From Hydrolagus affinis (taxonomy: Eukaryota), in assembly GCA_012026655.1 (NCBI GenBank), contig JAAILG010000211.1, forward strand, positions 62,001 to 125,555: DNA of 63,555 nucleotides, read 5' to 3'. Under the pieces are notes generated by a model. It had not been told where the DNA came from. It was given only the letters and a program-made list of their open reading frames with translations, and did no database searches. The position numbers and the translations under genes are program-made. The first letter of the stretch is position 1. Every line of letters begins with the position of its first letter. Below are positions 49,880 through 62,884 of the stretch, in pieces.

Positions 49880-49968
49880 CACTATAGTATATCATGTGAA
49901 CCGCTTTGAGACTCTTAATGACATGATAAATTGTTAGATCAAATGGAATGACTATTATTTATTATTAT
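49880..49968 (+). mobile_element. Diverged SINE 3' tail
   Basis: tagtatatcatgtgaaccgctttgagac...atcaaatggaatgactattatttattatt. Confidence 0.7.
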
Positions 49969-51040
49969 CAGAGAAGTGTGAATTCAGATATTGTGTTGTA
50001 TGGTGAAATAGTATTTCACATATGTTTATACTTTCCTATTTAGTCAAAATCAAAGGAGGGTAATATAAATGGTTTATATTTTTAGATAAGCACATTTTTT
50101 TTAAAAAACAATAACAATTCCATTGTCATATTTTCTTTATAGTTGTTCAGTTAATAATTAGTAAATAGAAACCTGATTGTAATTGTATCCAACAACTTTG
50201 CACATTTTGGCCACTGATAACCAGACAGACATAAGCAACATTTGCCAAAACTGGTTAGTATTTTATGTTCTTTTATCTCTAATGCAATCCTGCTGGTAAA
50301 AAAAAAACACTGTGGAATATAAAAATGTAGTACAAAGTATTCCTGGACCCTTGTAAATAGCATAATATTTTAATGATTTCTTTTAAACTTTGCCAATCCC
50401 AATAATGATATAAGTGGGCAAGTGGAATGCAAAAATGAAAATTAATAACCAATGTTGTATAATATTTGCAGTATTATAGATGCCTTGGGCAATACTATTA
50501 AACTTAAGGCCCTATTAGCAGTGTGACTCATATACAAAAACGTAAAAGGTGTCATCGGCTTCAGGGGCTTTGAACTTTCAGAAAAAACCCACCAGAATTA
50601 TTTCTATTTGCAGGTTTCCAAACAGCTTCTTATTACTTTGATGTCCTGTTCCAAAAAAACCTGGCAACGGGCATACTATTTTAGAGGAAGACCAACAAAA
50701 AATCTGGGTTGTAAGGAAAACAGAAAGAACATTTCTAATTTATGTCCATGTGTGCCAAAATGTTGGCTCATCTTTGTAACACAACATCTGTAAACATTTC
50801 AGCAGGTAACATAATTATAATGCTAAATATTCAATAGTAAACAAGGAACAAGTATTTCTTCATGATGTGTACACTTTGGCTATATTTACTCATTACTCTA
50901 GTAATTTCTTCCTAGTTTTCCATTCGTCTTCTGTTGACCGTGATGCGTGCTGGGCTATATTATTCCACAGTAAGACCGGTAACATTGCATATCATAATGT
51001 TTAAGTGACCATTCCTGGATAGTCAGTATCATAAAATTTG

Positions 51041-51407
51041 TAATAAATAATATTCCTTCCATTTGACACAGCACCTGTCACATTAGGAGGACATCTCAAA
51101 GCACTTGACAGAATGCACTGTACAATGTCATGACTGTGCATTTTAGGTATGCACACGACAGTGTCCTGCAAACAGCAATGAAGTGAATGATCAATTTTAT
51201 CTGGGGTATTGATGGCCAAGACATTGGTAGAAACTCCCTTTTGTTTTCAAATAGTGCCTTGGAATTTTTAGTGTAGAGACAGAATGGGACACCAGTACAG
51301 CATCTCATCTGAAGGGTGTATGCAACATATTGAAGTGTCAGCCAAGACCTGATGTAGAACTTGAACCCACAAGCTTTTGACTCAGAGTGCTACCAACTGA
51401 GCCAGGC
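51041..51407 (-). mobile_element. Old full-length DeuSINE-like element
   Basis: ggacatctcaaagcac...gatggccaagac...agaaactccct...aaatagtgccttgg...catctcatctgaagg...acttgaacccacaagcttttgactcagagtgctaccaactgagcca. Confidence 0.8.
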
Positions 51408-52373
51408 CAATACACCAAATGGGGGGAGAGTAGATGGAGGGTGGGGGAACATAGGAGAGACTAATGTTGCCCTTGCCCAGCTATTCAGTGTCATTGTGCG
51501 TGCCTTCTCAGAGCAAGCACAACCCCAATCCTTTTGTCCCTGGTTGCTTTTCTGATATTTATTTGTTTTGGAAATTAACCAGCGTAAATGACCGAGTTAA
51601 CCCAAAGGAAATCAAGCTGCACATTTTTTGCCCAGGATTGTTTTCTAATGAGATGGGAGTTGTACAAACTGTACACAAACCATGCACAGGAACGATCTGT
51701 TTGGCAGGTACTAATTTGCCTTCAGGAATACTTTGACTGAGTTGGTAATCCTCGTCAGTAGTGAATACGGAGCTTAACCAATAATTCTTTCCATAACACA
51801 GCACAGATTCTGCAACCTGTCAGATGATGATCAAAATTGATTAATAATTGACATATATGCTAACTCATTTCATTCACATAACTGCCCCAATCAGTATTTG
51901 GTTCCTCATTTACACTTAAAATCACATCCACTGAAATATCACAAAATGATGTTTCTTATTCAAAGGACTTTCACAGTGTGTATATCTGTACAACTGATAC
52001 TAGAGAATAGCACTGCAAGGGTTTGTGAAAATATAGTGTTGTTCTGCAGATGCAGAATGGGGGTTACCCCTGTCCATGTCTTTCATTTTCATGTCTAACA
52101 CATGAAAATTACATCGCGGTCAATCACACAGCAGAAGGTCAGTGCTTTGAGTCCATTTAGGTTAAATTGCTTTTCAAATAGTGAAAAAAATTTTGAATTG
52201 ATGTTTTTTATGTGCCTTTTAGTTCCGCTCATTACCACCGTAGTCCTGCCTCTTACCACTGTATTTACACACCATACTGCTCGATATCATAGGTATACAT
52301 GGTCACAGGCATCCATGGTCAACAACAACAAATGCTGTTCTCTGCTGGTGAACAGGAATTGTCCAAATAACAA

Positions 52374-52476
52374 AATAATAATACTAGCATTTGAATATAA
52401 TGCTTTATCATACATTTGAGATGTCTCGAAGCGCTCTATAGAATAAACTGTAAAGAATAAAAAATAGACTGTATAT
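52374..52476 (-). mobile_element. SINE 3' tail
   Basis: aataataatactagcatttgaatataatgc...gtctcgaagcgctctatagaataaactgtaaag. Confidence 0.7.
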
Positions 52477-52657
52477 TTTGTGTCCTTTAGTGGAATTGAA
52501 TATTTCTTTTTATTGCAAGGATAAGAGAAGGATGTCACTTTCTGATTTCGATTATTGAAACACTCAGTTTCTTAATTTGAATCCAAATCTGCAATATGTT
52601 TTTTTTTAATCCCGTTTCGTGGCATTTACGAAAAGCGACATTAAACCACTGGAAAGA

Positions 52658-52691
52658 TGCTGTGATTTAAAGTGGCCATCAGAGGGCAGCA
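52658..52691 (+). promoter_or_regulatory. Candidate CTCF site (core plus upstream module)
   Basis: Core TGGCCATCAGAGGGCAGCA (52673-52691) versus the known TGGCCACCAG(G/A)GGGC(G/A)(C/G) consensus. TGCTGT lies 9 nt upstream and resembles the TGCAGT ZF9-11 module. Confidence 0.55.
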
Positions 52692-52936
52692 GTTAGCTCC
52701 ACTACAAAAGTGCAAGGAAATTAAGCTGAAATAAGAAGTTGCAGGTGGGGGGAGGGTGGGTTTGGATCTTTGCTGGAAAACCGAGATCAGATACCCACCT
52801 ACCTACATGCATTCCATTGAAGCACATGGTATCCATGTAATCTGGAGCTCACAACTAGAGCACAGAATATGCTCACTGCACCATCAGTTACCTTCTTACC
52901 TCAGCATCATCCAGTGACATTATCACCATAAAGAAG

Positions 52937-53200
52937 CTCCAGGTAGATCAGTGCGAAACCTTGGGCAAGTTTCCTTACTCCATACGCTTAATAATAATCC
53001 GTCGAAAAAAACACAATAATAAAAATTGTTCATTTCAATCCACGCCTGTTGTGGGACACTGCTGTGTGCAATTGACTGCGGCATTTCACCCACAAATATA
53101 TAATCAATTCACTTTACACTATATTCTGTGAAATGCTTTGAGAAATCGATAAGATGTGAAAAGCTCTATATCAAATACAAGGATTATTATTATTATTATT
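52937..53200 (+). mobile_element. Young SINE, 5'-truncated within the tRNA head
   Basis: gcgaaaccttgggcaagtttccttactcc...gtgggacactgctgtgtgcaattg...tcaaatacaaggattattattattattatt. Confidence 0.9.
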
Positions 53201-53902
53201 CCAGTATTACATTATTCTCATCACCAGAACATTCCTTGTCTGATGAAGAAGTATTATCACCCCCACTCTCCAAGTTTTAAAATACATGTTTCCTTTCTTT
53301 GGCATCGCTGTTCATCATCCTTCTTCTCTCACAAGTATCAGATAGCTGCGATCACAGACTTCTCCATAGATAATGTTATTCTATGATTAGTTTATAAAAA
53401 GCTGTGCTTCTTTGGAGTGTGAGCCTAACTCTGCAGTGATCTTTGTCTTTTATGTAGTATATCTCTATTATTATACTACACTCAGTCTACCAGATGGCCT
53501 CTTGTTATGGGTAGAGGAATTCTATTCAGATTTTAATCACTGGTTGATAAGCATTCAGCAATTACTAAAACTCTTAGTTCTAATATTTTCTTCCTCAGTC
53601 TCGAGATTGGTATCCAGGTTATTGTCAAGCTTTTGGTTAAATAAATTTGTAAATTTCTCTTTTTCATGTCATGGCTTACTAATAATAAAATTGAATACAT
53701 AATAGTTTTACTTGGTTATACATATTATTGAAGACCAGCTTTTAGCCCTGATTGGGAAGTGGGATGGAAAGAGTATACTTTTTACATTGATCACATCAGT
53801 TCCTCTGTGGGATACCTTATTCCTATGTGTACATATTAAACACTGAATCATTAATATATCCCAGTGGAGTAGACCTTGCAAGCAAACTGAAACCTTTGCA
53901 AT

Positions 53903-54192
53903 ATAATAATAATCCTTGCATTTGAAATAATGCTTTTTCACGTCTTCTAGACGTTTCACAGAATATATTGTAAAGTGAATTGACTGTATATTTGTGGGCA
54001 AAACGTGGTAGCCCACAAATTCCACAAACTGTCATGGATTGAAATCACCAATTTTTTGGGGGGTGGACGGATTATTATTAGGCATGTGGAGTAAGGAAAC
54101 TTACTCAAGGTTTCGCCCTGACCTGCCTGGATTCAAACATAGGTCTCATGCTTGTAAGGCGAGTGCTCTAACCACTGAGCTACAGGACTCCA
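53903..54192 (-). mobile_element. Full-length young tRNA-SINE
   Basis: Tail through ...cttgtaaggcgagtgctctaaccactgagctacaggactcca (A box TAGCTCAGTGG on the minus strand). Confidence 0.93.
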
Positions 54193-55165
54193 ATATAATT
54201 AGGAATGTGCCTATTTGACTTTACAATTTATGTCTTATGCCAGGGAATGATAGAATAATCAATGTTTGATCCACAAAATGTGATCATAAATCTAATTTGC
54301 CTGGTTGCTTTGATTGTTATAACACCGCAACCAGAGTCTCTGAGGCTCTTGAAGTTTGATGGGATCCACAAGAATCTGACTAAATTAATTCTGTTAAATA
54401 TAATAAGTTCCTGAGTTGGAAGTGACTCAGTAGTTTTATCTTTAATGCTCTAGAGATCAGTCAGGCAGGCAGTGGAGTTCCAAAGGTGAATCGAGGTCAA
54501 TTATTTCCTTGAAGAAATTCCTTATCAGGCAGCCAAAGTGAAAAGTGACCAAACTCAGCATCCAAACCAATTTTCTCGACTGCTATAGCTCATGTGTACA
54601 AAATATATCAATAACCCCATCCCCTCCCATCCCTACCCACTCACAATATTCACTGTTCAACAACAGAAGATCATTTTAAAATCTATATAAAAATGAAAGC
54701 AACTACAGTCGAAGGATTTCAGTGCCCCTCATCGTTTTTAGTCTTTCTATTTCCCACTATTTTACTCCTATGCTCTTGAAAATGATGACTGATGCCACAA
54801 TATAGTTTCACAGGCTGCAATGGTCTTTCATTACCTGTCCCATGTGGCTATTCTTCAGGTGACATGCATTGTCGAACTCCGCCTGGTTGGGATTCTCTCA
54901 AGCATGGTAATAGGCTTCTGCATGTGACACACACCTGACTGAACAAAAAATTGTCTTCTAGACATTTTTAAATCCCCAGATAAAGCCTCACAGCTCTCAA
55001 TAAAAAGGCCAGTCACTGATGGTGAGTTGCTTTGGTTGCAAGACACGCAAGAGAGTTTACATGCCTCAAAAAATGTAACAGAGAAGACCTGAAAACAGTC
55101 TCTGATTCTATCTATTTTTATGCTATTTATTTGCTAGCAAAGAGACTTGCTGATTAACTCCTCTC

Positions 55166-55268
55166 TAATAATAAATAATAATCATTGCATTTGATACAGT
55201 GTCTTGTCAGTGCTTCAAGACATCTCAAAGTACTTCACACAATATATTGTGAAGTGGATTGACTGTGT
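55166..55268 (-). mobile_element. SINE 3' tail
   Basis: aataataatcattgcatttgatacagtg...gacatctcaaagtacttcacacaatatattgtgaagtggattgactgtg. Confidence 0.8.
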
Positions 55269-55342
55269 TTCATTGCGAGATTACAACAAACATAACTTTA
55301 GAACTGTTTAAGTAACGGATAGCTGTTGACCAAAAACCCTTC

Positions 55343-55381
55343 TGAAAGGTGCTATACAAATGTAATTTTGTTGTTATTGTT
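55343..55381 (+). mobile_element. Minimal L2 tail remnant
   Basis: tgaaaggtgctatacaaatgtaattttgttgttattgt. Confidence 0.65.
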
Positions 55382-55562
55382 CTAATGAAAATTCTACTCT
55401 GTTGTCTGTTTGCCACATGTTTCCCAGAAAGTCACAATGTGTGCACCATTTGTACATAGCTACAAGAGATGGTGTTATGTAAGCAGAAGAAGTTTACATT
55501 CAACAATATATACGCTACAATCAAATGTGCAAGCAAGAAAACATTGTCTTTAAATGGGATTT

Positions 55563-55702
55563 TGTCCACAAATTATGCAGTCAATTCACTTTACAGTATA
55601 TTCTTTGAAGCACTTTGAGATGTCTTGAGATGTAAAAGGCACTATATCAAATAAGGATAGTATATTCCTTATTATAGTAATAAATAATAAGGATTATTAC
55701 TA
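55563..55702 (+). mobile_element. SINE 3' tail
   Basis: cagtcaattcactttacagtatattctttgaagcactttgagatgtc...aaaggcactatatcaaat...aaggattatt. Confidence 0.85.
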
Positions 55703-56099
55703 GAATAATAAGACATTGTAAATGCTGGTCATTGCATCAATGAGTAGTTTTGTTAACTAACTACGTGCTCTGTGAATGGGATCGCTGGAAGAGACAAAAC
55801 ATTCAACGAGTTTTACAGGTTGTCTTTGGGACACTGCTGACAGGATAAGTTACTACAGCTGCTTCCAATTCCCTGCCATTGACAAATGTCCTCATTGAGC
55901 AACCTGATAAAATGTAGAACATACAGGCTGATATCATGCAAAAGTGTGACCTTCAAATGGAGAGTAGATATAAATATTTTACAACTTTCCTTTTTTTGCG
56001 TGTGACACTTTCTAAGAGTTTATTTCAGTAGTATAACATTGCTTTTGACTTCTCAGTAGGTTTACTAGTTTCGGATAGTAATCTTCGTCGACAAAACAC

Positions 56100-56202
56100 A
56101 CAGTCACTACATTACTCTACATAGTAAATCCTGTCCAATGCTTTGAGATATCTCAATGATGTAATAATATGTTATATCAAATGCAAGGATTATTATTATT
56201 AA
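56100..56202 (+). mobile_element. Diverged SINE 3' tail
   Basis: tgctttgagatatctcaatgatg...tatatcaaatgcaaggattattattatt. Confidence 0.7.
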
Positions 56203-56714
56203 TGATTGCTATACTTTAATGCTCCCTGACTGAAAATACTTTTTTTAAACTGAGCTGGCTGAGGATGGTTGAATTTCCTACAGCTATCAGCAGTAAAGGT
56301 TTAAGATGTACTTGTGAAGATATTAAGTAAGTTTTATCATATATGAGGCTAAATACATATTATACTGGAAAAATAGTACAAAATCATGAACTAAGTTTTC
56401 AAATAATGAAAAGAAGCAACATGGTTGTATTTTTTACATCAACAAAAAGTATAGAAGTAGAGGAGCTATTATAAGAAAATGACCTAAAATTATGAATAAC
56501 TTTGCAGTTCATTAACATCAATTGGAGTAAGCTGCTATCTAGTGAATCAAAAGGATTCTTGATACTGATTCTTGACTCAGCAAATAGGACAGGCTCTCAA
56601 AAGGCCTTGAAACCCACTTAAAGAGATGCTTTTGCTCCCACCCCTAGATGATGGACTTCTCTAGGTGTGTGTAGAATCCCTTTACTACCATATTGAATGT
56701 TGACTCATCTGTCT

Positions 56715-56802
56715 ACAACAACAAAATTATATTTGTATAGTGTCTTTCACATCGGGAGGATGTCCCAAGGTGCTGGACAGTCAATGTTTCAGACCCGAGC
56801 TG
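56715..56802 (-). mobile_element. Short L2 3' tail
   Basis: acaacaacaaaattatatttgtatagtgtctttcacatcgggaggatgtcccaaggtgctggacagtcaatgtttcagacccgagctg, which matches 3120-3206. Confidence 0.88.
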
Positions 56803-58328
56803 TGAACTTAGTCACCCACTTTGCCAAACGCTTTGTTGTTCACTAACTATTTTATGAGATTTTCTATGATATGATAAGACAATAAATCAAAGGCAAAGAT
56901 TATTTATCATCCATAAATATATATACATGTTTCAGTTCATTTAGGATTTGATATATTGATTGGATGATATTTAACTCATAACTTAAAGAACTTTTGCTAA
57001 GTTTGTCAACAGGCGTTTGTGCATTTGGATTTGAAGAAATATGAAGTAAATTTGTTACATTGGTTTGATCCAATTAAACAATGCTAACCACGATTACTAA
57101 CCCTTTAAAACTCTGTTTGCCTCTGGTACATTATGTCAATTGTACTCACTTTCGCTTAAATTTTTTTGACACTTGGTTACTTTAGTCAGGCGGATTTAGA
57201 ATCTCTCAAACATTTAGATACACTGGCACGTGTTATTTGAAGTGCATTTCCACAATGATGTTTCCTTATGTGCAAAGCTAAATACAGATGAAAACAAGGA
57301 TCATAATTACTGAGGAAAGAAGCGTTACTCTGGTTAATCCAATAAGCAGCCATGTCATTTAAAAGAAAGTGTTTTTATTGTATAATGTTAGTAACATACT
57401 TACACTGTGGTGTGTTTAAATATTATTATAATTAGTGTGCTAATGGATATTTATAATATTTACAGCATAATATACATGTGTCCTGTTGAAAGATCTCAGG
57501 AGGAGGCCTATTGATGGATGACAGGTGTAAAATTCACGAGAGGACAGTGAAATTTAAGAGGGCCTGGGATATCATACTTCACTTTAATACCATATTGAGG
57601 TCAGACACCAAAGCCTGAACTCTGAGGGGTGTTAAAAATGTGAACAAGTAACTATGTTGGCCAAGGCTCTGATCTAGATTAAGATAAATAAACCAGTTGA
57701 CAGGTTAAATGTATGTTGTATTGGGGATCTTGTAATTTAGCATTGGTAGTTTTATTTTAGGACCACACAGAGATAACACAGAATGTCAGGAAGTTGATGA
57801 TCAAATAATACGAAAGCATGTGTTTTTTTCCTTCACCTACTCACACAAAAAAGCTCACATAAGCTACATTTATATATCTTTAACTGACACCTATAAATTA
57901 TACCTAATTCAAGGTGCTTTTATAATGAACTGAGATTTACAACTGACTTGCTCTTTCAGGCAGTGCGACATTTGAAACGTTACAACGATTTGGTACTGTT
58001 TATGTGTTCCCGTGCCTCCTGCAGAGTCAAACTGCAATTACCACCTTAGTTGAATCTGGTACGCTTGTGTTAATTTCTCTTTGACCTCTGTTTGGGGGTC
58101 ACAGGCTGTCAGTCTCTGTGGGGAGTGTTCAGCCACTGTATCATCAAGCTGCCAGTTTACAATTGTCTTGCAGTTGCAACCTGTACATCAATCCACAAAC
58201 CCGTGTCTATTAAGAGAAAAGATTTCCATTAGTCTACACAACGTACAGAGGCAATTAATATTTGGATCTAAGACCGCTACCTGTTCATTTTTATAATAAC
58301 TTGCATTTATATAGTGCCCTTCACATAT

Positions 58329-58584
58329 GTGGAGTCCTGTAGCTCAGTGGTTAGAGCACTCACCTTACAAGCAAGAGACCTGGGTTCAACTCCAGGCAGG
58401 GTGAAACCTTGGGCAAGTTTCCTTACTCCACATGGCGAATAATAATCACTCAAAAATTGGTCATTTCAATCCACGACTTTTTGTGGGATCCTGCTGGGTG
58501 CAATTGGTTGTCGCATTTAGCCCACAAATATACAGTCAATTCACTTTAAAGTGAATTCTGTAAAGCGTTTTGACACATCTTGAG
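58329..58584 (+). mobile_element. Young tRNA-SINE, head intact, 3' tip missing
   Basis: ggagtcctgTAGCTCAGTGGttagagcac... with A box 58340-58350 and B box GGTTCAACTCC 58383-58393, followed by the standard body. Confidence 0.93.
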
Positions 58585-58698
58585 TCAGCTATCGAGCAAA
58601 GGAGCAGAGGGAGAGGGACTGGACTAGACAATTTTAGCTTTTTAGAGAGTTTGCCAAAATATATTTTTTAAGTGTCTGATGATAGTGAAGTACTTTTC

Positions 58699-59015
58699 AT
58701 AATAATAATAATACTTGCATTTGATATAGCCCTTTTCACGTCTTCTAGACATCTCAAAGTGTTTCACAGAATATACTGTTAAGTGAATTGACCGTATATT
58801 TGTGGCCGAAATGCAGCAGCCAATTGTGCACAGTGGTATCCCATAGTCGTGGATTGAAATGACCAATTTATTAAAGGTTTTTTTTGGACAGATTATTATT
58901 AGGCGAGCGGAGTAAGGAAACTTGCCCATGGTTTCACACGGACCTACCTGGATTCGAAACACAGCTCTCAGGCTTGTAAGACATGTGCTGTAATCACTGA
59001 GCTATAGGACTCCAC
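58699..59015 (-). mobile_element. Full-length young tRNA-SINE
   Basis: (aat)n tail, body and head ending cactgagctataggactccac. Confidence 0.93.
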
Positions 59016-60464
59016 TGTATTCACAAGTTGAGAGTTCTTCAAAAGCTGGTTGTTACTAGTCAGGCAGCAGGCTGCAGTGTATGTAACATCTTCCAAAACA
59101 TTTCATGGAATGACAACGAGATCCTGCAGAATTGTTCAAGGTTCTTTTGACATCAAAGCACTTGGCAAGGTGATTCAACAGTTAGCAGCTTGTCTTACAA
59201 AAGGAGATGTGAGAGACAAAGAGAAAAGTTATACAGTATTAGAGAAGAAAATTAGCAATGTGCAAATACATTTAAAGATACAATTTTTTTTTAAAGTGTT
59301 ACGATGCTAAGAATTTTTGATTGCTATTGTAGTGGGAGAAATTATCCTTTCTATCCCAATTCATCCATCAGGTTTTAATATCTGTTCGTTGCTGCTGTGA
59401 CAATGTGATAACATAATTGTATTCCATGTCATCTAAAACCACAGAAAGAGCTAAAAATAGAGCAAAGGGCAGAATATTGTTGGATTGTTCGCAAACTTGT
59501 GTATCTTGGAAGGTCTACTGTATTTTTTAAGATACGTTACCATTCACATAACAAAAATGCTGATATAACTTTAAATACCTCGGTATTTTTGTCAATTTTG
59601 TCACTGTCCCACTACTTGTCATGTTTTGTGCCTGTCACTTTTTGTACAATATTTCCACACATCTATAATTCTTTGATATAATTTTCTTGTCAAACTAGTC
59701 AGATGTGTGAGACTCCCTCTTGACTTAGACAGCAAATCTAAGACAAGTCAGAAATGATGAGTTACAGTTCCGGTCACCATAACATAAGGAGCTCTTTAAG
59801 TAGTACAAACGAAAGCAGGGGGATAAGCTATCATGACCTCAGTGAATGTTCAAGCCAAGAACAGCTGTGCCAGCACAGGAAATGTAACTCAACCGCACCG
59901 ATCAACTCTCTGAGATTTTCCGCAAAATTTTCAAATTTCCCCCAAATATGTTTAGCAAATATTTCCACATTTTTCTATTGGCCCAGGCTATGTGGAAACA
60001 CCTGGATATACTAGGGCTCTTCAGACATGAAAAGAGATTTTATAAATCAGATTCTAACTAGATCAAGAAACTAAAGCTGGAATGAAACTTTCAGATGGAC
60101 CAACGCACCACAAGATCAGTGTAGCGATGGGGAAATTGAGGGCAGACACCAGGAAGTGAGGGTAATAAACATCTGGAAAGAATACCAGAAAGAGTTTTTG
60201 AGGTCAGGACATTGGGCTCATTTAAGAAACCACATGATCCTATAATTGGAAGATGGTGGGATCGATATTACGGGTGAGATCAAATGAGTCAACAGGAATT
60301 CTATGTCTAAATTGCTTTTGTAAAATGTCCACAAAAGCACTTGCGCAAAATGCAAAAGTTTATCTTGAAGGAATATCAATGCAAGAAAAAAAATTCTGCC
60401 TTGCCTTTTATTGTGTAAGTGTACTTCTGAAAATATTTTAGACTAGGTGATAAAGTATTGTAGA

Positions 60465-60485
60465 TTGTTTGTTGTTGTTGTTGTT
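60465..60485. repeat. (GTT)n microsatellite
   Basis: ttgtttgttgttgttgttgtt. Confidence 0.8.
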
Positions 60486-62669
60486 TTGTAGTCATGTATA
60501 AAGCACCTGCATTTTTTGAAGAAATTATGAAGAAAAATGACTTGCATTAAAGCTATGACAGTTTATGATGTTTCGAACAATGCATCTGGCTGTTGTTGCA
60601 AAATCTGGAAGCTATGGCAGAACACACAATACTGATGGGGGTGTGTGAGAAAGGAAGGGTGTACTTCATGTCACTTTTCATTTAAAACAATCATGGTTGT
60701 TCAAGAGCACTATGTTATAATTCAAAATGTGCTGCTGATACAATATGGGGAGCAGAGCAGACAGCAAAAGATTTCCAAAAGGGTTTTTTAGATTAGTTAT
60801 ACAATTGGACAGACATCTGCTAAATTTAATTTAACACTGATGAATAAAGTATTACACAAAGGTAGAAAAATGATGGATGATAGGTGACTGGAAAGTTTTG
60901 AAAGCTACAATATAGGAAAAGAGTAATTAAGTAATCATTGCTTATATAACTGAGGATTTAAACTAATCATTCTTAAATGGTTTTACCTGAATTGGATTGA
61001 GCTAAATTCACATTCAGAATTTTTTTTACCATGCAGAAAGAACAGTAAAACCTTTCTCCTTAAATACACACTCACAGATGCACACAATTCATACCATCGA
61101 GTGTAGTTTCATTTGAATGAATTGGTGCTCAAACCAGCCTTTTCTATGTAAACAGCATGTTTGTGTGACATGCACAAGTGACCCGTATTATATCTTTCTT
61201 CAAGCTTCATAGACCGAAGGGATTTAATAGTACATTCAGTTCTTGTTTACACATACAAAGTATGGGTGTGTTTATAGGTTGGTAATTGCTCTGTAAGAGA
61301 GAAATATTCTTAAAACGTTAGTTACCAATTCATGTGGGGGGAGGAAGCAAAACTGTTTAAAGAAACAACCCGTATAAAATGACAGGACATAAAAGAGAAA
61401 GTGAAACCTCTTGTTTCTATGTCTCATTTAACAAGTACATGTCAGTTATTCTTAAGCACCATTACCCCATTTTGTTTGAACCAGCCCCCATCACATCAGA
61501 GATGTTTGGGGAAAGCCAAATGCTATTCTCTTTGCTGACAAAGGTGGCAAAAAGAAACTACCACCCATTTGGTTCTCTGTATAACAGCAATCAAAGACTT
61601 GTGAGGCAATGCTTCACCCAGCCCTAGACACTTATAGTACACTGCTCGAACCTCAGGGCTTTTCATAACACAACAGCTTTCCAGACAGATAATACAGGGT
61701 GATAAATGAATGATTCTGAATTCTGAACAAGAAAGTTAAGAACACAACTATTTATAACCACGAAAAGCAATGCTGGGAAATGTTTCACTTTACAATGCAG
61801 CTTGAAAGTGAAACATATACTATAAAGAGTGGTCGACTTTGCATTGCATCTTAAGTTAAAGGTTTAAACTATCTATCTGATTCTTACCATTGTTTTTCAA
61901 AATCAAATTGATCTGGACGATTCAAAGGAATGTGTGATATCCCAGGCAGAATATTGAGGGCATTTCCGCCAAGCACTAAAACAAAATGTTAGGCTTTCAA
62001 AAGTTAACACATTTTTATTTTGTTCAACATCTACAAAAATAATTGATTTTAAAGATTTAACGGTGTAAAGTAGTCAGAAATATCCACACACCAAAGAGCG
62101 TTTATTATTATCCATTATTAACTCATATTTAAACATGCTTTCAAAAGATGTCTTTTTTGTACTGTTTTTTGCAGTAGAAGTGCGGCATCGATGCTGGGGT
62201 ATTTATTCATTGTCTAGAAAAATATGCATTGAGATATTTTTAACAAAGTATTTACGCCAGATTTACACAGCAGCACATTATGAAGAGTAACTTATATAAG
62301 AGCATACCAGAGCACACTGCATGCTGAGAGGTATGTGCCACAAGAGCAGAATCTTTGAAGAAACTGGATAAGGGCAAAATGGGCCAAGTTAAGAAAATCA
62401 ATAAGGAAATACGAGTCAGTCCCACTGCAACTGGCTGAATGTGTGAGACAGCAGCTAATTTCCTGGTCAGTCATGTGTTAAATGTTAAAAACAATTAGCA
62501 GCTGCTGCTAATCACCAAAAGAATGCTCGCAATGCTTAACTGATGATGTCTTTTCTTTCATGCTCTGGGTATAGTCATCTGTTGTGTTTATGTTAATTAC
62601 GTGACAAACTCTTATGTGAGATTTTTTTTCACTGTGTGACATGTTTATGATGCTGCATTTTTTTCCTGG

Positions 62670-62749
62670 CAATAATAACAAACAACAACAACAAAATTAC
62701 ATTGGTAGAGCACCTTTCACATCGGGAGGACGTCTCAAGGTGCTGGACA
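62670..62749 (-). mobile_element. Short L2 3' tail
   Basis: caacaacaacaaaattacattggtagagcacctttcacatcgggaggacgtctcaaggtgctggaca. Confidence 0.88.
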
Positions 62750-62884
62750 ATTAAGCACAGACGCTAAACACAACACATCCTATTGACAAAAGCAAGGATT
62801 CAAAATCGCAAGATTTAACTCAATCCCTAGAGGAAATCAGCAACTCTCCCTCGTAGATGAATAATGTGAGCTGTATAACACAAG

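Noticed and set aside
58331-58402. tRNA gene with a TAC triplet in the anticodon-like loop (ccttacaag)
   Set aside because: It continues directly into the SINE body, lacks a proper acceptor stem and terminator, and recurs as mutated copies at about 45880-45939, 54120-54192 and 58945-59015. It is a SINE head.
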